DNA from: Candidatus Shapirobacteria bacterium
Lineage (GTDB): Bacteria > Patescibacteriota > Microgenomatia > UBA12405 > BS750m-G30
Assembly (NCBI GenBank): GCA_043817235.1
Contig: JBDRHA010000007.1
Coordinates: 73,212 to 137,211, forward strand
DNA length: 64,000 bases
Reading direction: 5' to 3'
In this document: positions 57,614 to 64,000 of the stretch, in pieces
Layout: every line of letters starts with the position of its first letter
Numbering within the stretch: the first letter of the stretch is position 1
The notes under the pieces: generated by a model
What the model was told of the DNA's origin: nothing
Database searches by the model: none
Seen by the model: only the letters and a program-made list of their open reading frames with translations
Translations under genes and position numbers: made by a program

Positions 57614-59274
57614 AAAGACTATTAAAGAATACGAGCTTTATCTTGTTTATAATTTTTCTAATTTCAGCTGCCTTTAGGTTCTACAAGCTTGCTAATTATC
57701 CGGTTTCTTTAAGTATTGATGAAATAATTATTGGCTATGATTCTTATAGTCTGCTAAAAACCGGCAAAGATCATTGGGGAGAGGCTTTTCCTCTTGCGTT
57801 CCAATCAATTGGAGATTATAAACCTCCGGTCTTAGTTTACTTGATGGTGCCGGCGATAAAATTTTTAGGACTTAATGAGCTTGGAATCCGTTTTACTATC
57901 GCCTTATTCGGTTCGCTTACTCCTTTGCTTGCCTATTTTCTTATTAATCTTCTTATTAAAAACAGAAACATTGCTTTGATTTCCGCTTTTCTTCTGGCTA
58001 TTTCTCCCTGGCATATTAATTTTTCCCGCTCTACTTTTGAAGCTATTCTGGCCTTATTATTAATGCTTGCCGGGGTTTTAGTTTTTTTAAAGTCAAAAAA
58101 TGGGAAGCTCTGGTGGTTTTCCGGCCTTCTTTTTTCCTTGTCCATATATTCCTATCATGCCGAAAGAGTATTTGTGCCCTTATTCTTAATTGCTCTTTTG
58201 GTAATCTTTTTTGACCGAATTAAGAAAAATAGCAAAAATGCTCTACTCGCTATCGTAATTAGCCTTATCTTTCTCCTTCCTTTTTTCCAGCTCATGTTTT
58301 CCCCTAAAGGTCAAACCAGAGCTAAGACTGGAATTTTTTTAAACGACTATGAATTTGCGACGGTAAAGATGTCCAAGGTGGAGCAAAAAGGGGCAACCGA
58401 GATTGACCGGGTTTTAGCTAACAAGGGAGTTCAGGCCTTGTCTTTCTGGGCCAAAAGATACTTAGAATATTCTGATCTTGACTACCTATTTTTTGGGGGA
58501 ATGGGCTATACTCACGAAAAATATCCGGATATTGGAGTGATGCATTATTTTGAATTAGGGTTCTTTATTTGGGGATTAATCGCAATTATTGGCAAAGGGG
58601 TTAAAATATCAGGACAAAATAAAAAACTTATTTTTGTCTGGTTATTATTAGGCCCCATTCCGGCCACGTTGGCGAATAATTCTCAACATCCGCTAAGGAG
58701 CTTAACTGCTATTCCTATTCCGCAGTTAATTTCTGCTATTGGAATTTATCAGTTTTTTGGCTGGGTGAAAAATCTCAAGAAGTGTATTTTTAAATTTTTG
58801 ACTCTTTTGCTTTTTTTCGGAGCAGTTTTGGCCTCGCTTGTTTATTATGTATTTATTTATTATGTCCATTATCCGGTTCATTATTCCCATTACATTATGT
58901 ATGGAATGAAGGAGATCGCTTTATACACCTGGGAAAATAGGGATAAATATGACCGGATTATTATTGATGGAGAATTCGGGATAGAAGATAAAAATATTGC
59001 GGGAATTCCTTTTGCCTATGTCTTGACCCATAATAAGGTTGATCCTTTTGTTATTCAGCAGGCCAGACAAGAAGGAAAAGATCCTTTGTCTTTTGAGAAT
59101 TTTACCTTTCGGGGAGTTAATTGGCCTGAGGATAGTCAGCTCAAAAAAACTCTTTTGGTAGCCAGCGCCTGGCAGCTTCCGCCACAAGATATTTCTCAAG
59201 ACCAGATTGTTAAAGTGGTTTCTTTATATAACGGCCAGCCAATGTTTTATTTAGTGGAAACAGATGCTCAATAA
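57610..59274 (+). CDS. ArnT/PMT-like GT-C glycosyltransferase
   Basis: It has ..IDEIIIGYDSYSLLKTGKDHWGEAFPL.. and is a paralog of 41504, 46877, 61272 and 62973. Confidence 0.7.
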   Translation: MKRLLKNTSFILFIIFLISAAFRFYKLANYPVSLSIDEIIIGYDSYSLLKTGKDHWGEAFPLAFQSIGDYKPPVLVYLMVPAIKFLGLNELGIRFTIALFGSLTPLLAYFLINLLIKNRNIALISAFLLAISPWHINFSRSTFEAILALLLMLAGVLVFLKSKNGKLWWFSGLLFSLSIYSYHAERVFVPLFLIALLVIFFDRIKKNSKNALLAIVISLIFLLPFFQLMFSPKGQTRAKTGIFLNDYEFATVKMSKVEQKGATEIDRVLANKGVQALSFWAKRYLEYSDLDYLFFGGMGYTHEKYPDIGVMHYFELGFFIWGLIAIIGKGVKISGQNKKLIFVWLLLGPIPATLANNSQHPLRSLTAIPIPQLISAIGIYQFFGWVKNLKKCIFKFLTLLLFFGAVLASLVYYVFIYYVHYPVHYSHYIMYGMKEIALYTWENRDKYDRIIIDGEFGIEDKNIAGIPFAYVLTHNKVDPFVIQQARQEGKDPLSFENFTFRGVNWPEDSQLKKTLLVASAWQLPPQDISQDQIVKVVSLYNGQPMFYLVETDAQ

Positions 59275-61294
59275 TATGGGATTGCTATTGGTAACTTTTT
59301 TAAAACTATTTATTTTTATTCCCTTGACTTTATTGGTTTTTTACGTTCCGGGTCGGGTTTTAATTGGGAGCAAAAATGGGGGACTTGATGATTTAGAAGT
59401 TGTTGCTCTTTCAATGACGCTGGGAATTATTTTATTTGTTTTGTCGGCAATACTCTTAGGATTATTAAATTTCCGAGTTCTTTCTTTGCCTATTTTATTA
59501 GTTATTTTTACTCTTGGCTTAAGGCGTTACAAGGGAGAATTTTTTAGGCTTTTCAGGGCTATTTTTGCTGATAAAAAACTGCTTTTGTTGTTATTTTTGG
59601 GAATTTTGATTCAGGGGTTTATTAATTTTCCGAGCGGGTTTACATACAAGGAAGGAATTCATTTTTGGAGCTCACAGGGTCATGATGGGTTGTGGCATGT
59701 TGCTTTAATGGAAGAAGTAAAAAGAAATTTTCCTCCCGGAAATCCTCTTTATCCCGGCCATGTTTTGCAAAACTATCATTATGCGGGCGATATTTTAATG
59801 GGCGAATTTTATCGTTTATTTTCTTTTTTAAATCCTCTTGATCTTTATTTTCGCTATTATCCGGTTTTATTTTCTTTTTTAATCGGCCTTAATGCTTTTG
59901 TTTTTGCTAAAAAAAAATGGAATTTATTAACTGCTTACTGGGCCGTCTTTTTTGCTTATTTTTGCGGTAGTTTTGGCTATATTTACTTAATCCTTAAAGG
60001 GAAATTTCCGCTAGGAGGAGAAACTGTTTTTTGGGCCTCTCAAAATAATACTATTCTGGGAAATCCTCCTCATGCTTTGGGAATTATTATTTTGACCATG
60101 ATTTTCTTTCTTCTTGTTTTATGGCAAAAAGACAAGAAGAAATATTGGCTGCATCTGGTTTTTCTCTTGGGCGGAGCACTGATGACTTTTAAAGTCTCTT
60201 CAGGAGGAGTTTTAGTAGCTGGTTTAATCGGGGCAGGGGTTTGGCTATTTATTAAAGAAAAAAAGCTTACTCTTCTTGCTTTAGGAATTATTTTAGCAAT
60301 TACCAACTTTTCTTTATTAAAATTGATTAGCCCCAGCGCGGAGTCGTTTTTAGTTTTTGAGCCGCTCTGGTTTCCCCGCACAATGATGGTGGCCAAGCTG
60401 GATAATGTGGATTGGATTTTAAGGAAACAGCATTACTTATCGGTGGGGAGCTGGAAGGCTTGGCTCCGAATTGTTCAACTAGAGTTAACGGCAGTTCTTA
60501 TTTTTATTTTGGGCAATACCGGTGCTAGACTAATCGGCTTAATTGGTTTTTGGCAATGTTGGAAAAAGAGTCTTAAATCGATTGATATTTTTTTAGGGAC
60601 GGGAATGATTTTTTCTTTGGCGGTGGTTTTGCTTTTTGTTCAAAAAGGAATTACTTATAATCTAATTCAGTTTATGCAGATTTACTTTCATATTTTGGGT
60701 TTTTGCGCTGCTTCCGGTGTTGTCTATCTTTTGAGTAAAATAGAGAGAAGAAAAGCAAAAATATTAGTAAGTCTGATAATTATTCTAATCGCGCTGCCCA
60801 CTGCAATCGGTAACTTATTCGAGTTTTATGGCCCAGATCGAAAACCTTTGGCCAGAGTGAGCGATGCAGAACTGGAAGCATTTGATTGGATTAAAAGCAA
60901 CACGCCTCAGGCCGCACTTTTGCTCACAAAGCCTTTTTCGGGAAATGCTCACTATCAGTATTCTGCATTGCCCTTGCCGATTTATGCTTGGTATAGCACG
61001 CCCTATGTATTTGTTTTTTCCCAGCGCTATGTTTTTTTGACCGGTGAAGAACAATTAGATATCACTGGCTATAATTATAAACCGGATTTGCTGGCGGCAG
61101 AGAAATTTTTTAACCAAACAGATTTTGTTTTTAATCGCGAATTTTTAGCTCAAGAGAATATTAATTATATTTATCTTCGTAAAGATGAGATAATCGAACC
61201 AATTGACGAAAAAACAAACAATCTAGAGCTTGTTTTTGAAAATCAAGAAATAAAGATTTACGAGGTAAGCGGTGATGAAGAAAAAAGAGATTAA
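59264..61294 (+). CDS. Polytopic membrane protein (intact paralog of 51572..53277)
   Basis: A 676-aa protein with HDGLWH and NPPHALG motifs. Confidence 0.6.
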   Translation: MLNNMGLLLVTFLKLFIFIPLTLLVFYVPGRVLIGSKNGGLDDLEVVALSMTLGIILFVLSAILLGLLNFRVLSLPILLVIFTLGLRRYKGEFFRLFRAIFADKKLLLLLFLGILIQGFINFPSGFTYKEGIHFWSSQGHDGLWHVALMEEVKRNFPPGNPLYPGHVLQNYHYAGDILMGEFYRLFSFLNPLDLYFRYYPVLFSFLIGLNAFVFAKKKWNLLTAYWAVFFAYFCGSFGYIYLILKGKFPLGGETVFWASQNNTILGNPPHALGIIILTMIFFLLVLWQKDKKKYWLHLVFLLGGALMTFKVSSGGVLVAGLIGAGVWLFIKEKKLTLLALGIILAITNFSLLKLISPSAESFLVFEPLWFPRTMMVAKLDNVDWILRKQHYLSVGSWKAWLRIVQLELTAVLIFILGNTGARLIGLIGFWQCWKKSLKSIDIFLGTGMIFSLAVVLLFVQKGITYNLIQFMQIYFHILGFCAASGVVYLLSKIERRKAKILVSLIIILIALPTAIGNLFEFYGPDRKPLARVSDAELEAFDWIKSNTPQAALLLTKPFSGNAHYQYSALPLPIYAWYSTPYVFVFSQRYVFLTGEEQLDITGYNYKPDLLAAEKFFNQTDFVFNREFLAQENINYIYLRKDEIIEPIDEKTNNLELVFENQEIKIYEVSGDEEKRD

Positions 61295-62969
61295 AACGTT
61301 TTTCTTTCTTGCGGGGTTGATCAGTATTGCCGCTTTCCTTCGTTTTTACGAGCTAGCCAAGGTGCCTATCGAACTTTTTGGCGATGAGCTGGATATTGGC
61401 TACCAGGCTTATTCTCTTTTTAAAACAGGAGGAGATTATTTTGGCAATAAATGGCCCGTCTTCTTTCGTTCCTTTGCTGAATATCGAATGCCTATGTTGG
61501 TTTATCTAACTGCCCCCTTGGTCGGTTTTTTTGGTCTTAATAATTGGGCAGTGAGAGTAATTCCCGCTTTATTTGGCTGTATAGATATTATTTTAGTTTG
61601 GATTTTCCTAAAGCAGTTAACAAAAAACAAAACTATCGTTTGGACCGGGGCGATATTTATGAGTTTTATTCCTTGGCATACGCATTATTCTCGTACTGGA
61701 TTTGATACTACAATATTGCTTGCCTTCGTTTTCTTGAGTTTGATTTTCTTTTTTCGGGGGCTAAGAGAGAAGAAATTTTTGCTTTTAAGCGCTTTGATTT
61801 GGCCGCTGACTTTTTATACTTACAGCACTTCTTTGGTTTTTAGTTTGCTTTTCTTACCGCTAATTTTCTGGCTTTACCGCTTGGAAATATCAAAAGCTGG
61901 CAGAAAAACTTTAGCTTTGTCCGGCGTTATCTTTCTAGTCGTTTGCTTGCCCTTAATCGCCAATTTGGTAAACGGGCGGGCGGGAGACCGATTTTCTCAA
62001 ATCAGTTTGCTTAATGATTCGCAAATGGTTGATGAGCTTTACCAAAAGCGTGCTCAAGAGAGAGGCGGAGGGAGAATATTCCATAATAAGGCAATATATT
62101 TGGGCAAAGAATTTATTACTAATTACCTACAGGCTTTTTCGCCCGAGTTTTTGTTTATTAATGGGGATCCAAATCCACGTCATTCGGTAAATGATTTCGG
62201 TATGCTTTTTTTTGTTTTTGCCCCATTGATTATTCTGGGATTTTATTCCGCTTGTGCCGAAAAAGAAGCCAACCTAAAACGGGCTAATTATTTATTTTTA
62301 GGCTGGTTGTTGACTGCGCCTATTGCTTCTGCCCTAACAATTGACGGAGGAAGCCATGCTACCAGACTATTTTTAATGTTGCCCGCCTGGGTCTATTTTG
62401 CCTCTTTGGGAGCAAGGCAGTTCTTAAGCTTTAAGGATAAATTACTTGTTAAAGGGACTTTGGTATTGTTAATTACTGTTTTTATTGGGGAGGGGATTCT
62501 CTATTTTCATCAATATTTTTTCCACTATCCTCGGGAGTCTTGGGAATATTTTGACTTTGGCTATCAGGAAGCACTTACCTATTTAAAAGAACATGAATCA
62601 GATTATGATCAAGTTTTTATTGATTCGGCTAAAGGTCCTCCGCTTTTGCAAACTTTATATTGGTTAAAAATAGATCCTGGTTTTCTTAAAAATAATTATC
62701 AAGGCCAAGATTGGCAGGTTGATATTTTTCCGGGATTTGATGGATTCAAAATGGGGAAGTATTATTTTGGCGAGGTGCAAAATCCTCTTGCCTTAAATCA
62801 GTTTTTATCTCCCGGAATGATTTATTTGGCTTTTCAAAATACAGCCGTAGTTCCGGGAGATTGGAATTGGGAACGATCTTCTCCGGATGGAGTTCGGGTT
62901 TTAAAAATGGTGAAGAGGCCATTTGCCGATATTCCCTTAATTTATCTTTTAACCGGAGAGGAAAATTAA
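61272..62969 (+). CDS. ArnT/PMT-like GT-C glycosyltransferase
   Basis: ..FGDELDIGYQAYSLFKTGGDYFGNKWPVFF.. is followed by many TM helices. Confidence 0.7.
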   Translation: MMKKKEIKTFFFLAGLISIAAFLRFYELAKVPIELFGDELDIGYQAYSLFKTGGDYFGNKWPVFFRSFAEYRMPMLVYLTAPLVGFFGLNNWAVRVIPALFGCIDIILVWIFLKQLTKNKTIVWTGAIFMSFIPWHTHYSRTGFDTTILLAFVFLSLIFFFRGLREKKFLLLSALIWPLTFYTYSTSLVFSLLFLPLIFWLYRLEISKAGRKTLALSGVIFLVVCLPLIANLVNGRAGDRFSQISLLNDSQMVDELYQKRAQERGGGRIFHNKAIYLGKEFITNYLQAFSPEFLFINGDPNPRHSVNDFGMLFFVFAPLIILGFYSACAEKEANLKRANYLFLGWLLTAPIASALTIDGGSHATRLFLMLPAWVYFASLGARQFLSFKDKLLVKGTLVLLITVFIGEGILYFHQYFFHYPRESWEYFDFGYQEALTYLKEHESDYDQVFIDSAKGPPLLQTLYWLKIDPGFLKNNYQGQDWQVDIFPGFDGFKMGKYYFGEVQNPLALNQFLSPGMIYLAFQNTAVVPGDWNWERSSPDGVRVLKMVKRPFADIPLIYLLTGEEN

Positions 62970-62972
62970 GAT

Positions 62973-64000
62973 AAAAAAGAAGTTTGAGGGGAATAAACTA
63001 TTACTATTTATTCTAGTTTTAGCTTTTATTCTCCGTTTTTGGCGAGTGTGGGAAGTTCCGCCGGCTTTAAACTGGGACGAAGTATCTATCGGCTATAATG
63101 CTTATTCGATTTTAAAAACAGGCCGCGACGAGTGGGGAAAAATTTTCCCCCTTCATTTTCGCGCTTTTGGCGAGTATAAGTTGCCAGTTCAGATTTATGC
63201 TTCAATTCCCGGAATATGGTTCTTTGGCTTGAATGAAATTGGCGTGAGAGCTACCCCTATTGTTTTTGGCACCCTAGCTGTTTTCTTAACCTATTTTTTG
63301 GCTCAAGAAATATTTAAAAACAAGAAGGTTAGTTTGCTGTCTGCATTTTTATTAGCTGTTTCTCCTTGGCACTTGCAGCTGAGTCGAGCTTCTTTGGAGT
63401 CGGCAACGGCAATGTGCTTAACTGTTGGTTGTTTATTGTTTTTCCTAAAAGGCCTTAAAAAGGAAAAGTGGTTTATTTTGTCTGCTGTTTTAGGCGGGCT
63501 GGCGATTTACACTTATAATGCGCAAAGAGTTTTTGTGCCTTTGTTTTTGCTGGGTTTGATTTTTATTTTTCGCCGGCCGATTCTTGCTTTAAAAAAAAGG
63601 AAAACAATTTTGCTGGCCGGGTTAATTTTTGGTCTTTTTATTTTCCGTTTAGCCCCTGCTCTTTTTACCCCCGAGGCCCAGTCTCGTTTTCAGCTGGTTA
63701 GCTTTGTTAATGATCCGGGTTTTGTTTTAAGAATTAATGAGGCGAGGGGAAATTTAGCCTTGCCCTCGCCCTTGCCGCGCTTAATCCATAATAAAATTAC
63801 CCATTTTTTAGTTATTTTTGGAGGTAATTTTTTGGCTCATTTTTCTCCTTCTTTTTTGTTTTTAAGTGGAGCAGGCCACCATCAGCATCATGTTCAAGGA
63901 ACAGGGGAGATGTATTTTATTGAGCTGCCGTTTTTATTACTAGGAGTTTGGTTTTTGTTAAAAAAACAGAAAAAAGAAGCTAAGGCGATGTTTTTTCTTT
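62973..64000 (+). CDS. ArnT/PMT-like GT-C glycosyltransferase, 3'-truncated by the window edge; no canonical start codon
   Basis: The frame (..WDEVSIGYNAYSILKTGRDEWGKIFPLHFRAFGEY..) is open from the codon right after the TAA of the upstream paralog and is in the same frame as that paralog. There is no ATG/GTG/TTG before the first TM helix. Confidence 0.55.

Noticed and set aside
1-64000. CRISPR arrays and rRNA genes
   Set aside because: No run of regularly spaced direct repeats of 24-40 bp and no rRNA-like conserved blocks were found. The only tRNA-like cloverleaf is at 30258-30335.

Overview
This is a low-GC, gene-dense bacterial window. The gene content (a minimal core set, a very large GT2/GT-C glycosylation cluster, and LTD/SipW surface proteins) suggests a Patescibacteria/CPR-like genome; that is inference, not a database match. 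The standard genetic code appears to apply, because TGA, TAA and TAG each terminate well-conserved proteins (lysS ends in TGA, secA in TAA, the 21149 gene in TAG).

Layout:
- 1-11 kb: core genes lysS (5' partial), an HD hydrolase, serS (interrupted by a frameshift) and secA; an IS200/IS605-family Y1-transposase element bounded by symmetric hairpins; prfB; ftsE-ftsX with an EnvC-like M23 peptidase.
- 11-18.5 kb: a secreted/surface gene cluster, made up of an LTD protein carrying an in-frame TAG, a VanZ-like protein, a SipW-cognate TasA/camelysin-like protein, a SipW-type signal peptidase fused to a ~700-aa LTD-containing ectodomain, and a CAP-domain protein.
- 18.4-20.9 kb: a PAP2 fusion, trmD, and a XerD-like tyrosine recombinase.
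- 20.9-30.2 kb: a compositionally heterogeneous array of unrelated accessory genes (including one gene fragment) separated by recurring intergenic repeat modules, i.e. cassette-like.
- 30.26 kb: tRNA-Pro(CGG), immediately followed by a large serine recombinase and an island (to about 36.5 kb) carrying an unannotatable 741-aa/154-aa gene pair and an MGMT-like gene.
- 36.5-38.4 kb: tsaD, a HIT protein, tsaE.
- 38.5-64 kb: a glycosylation supercluster (GT2 including GtrA- and DPM-like, GT4, ArnT/PMT-like GT-C, PTPS-related membrane proteins, Wzx) with strong paralog expansion and at least two A-homopolymer frameshifts.

No CRISPR array and no rRNA were seen.
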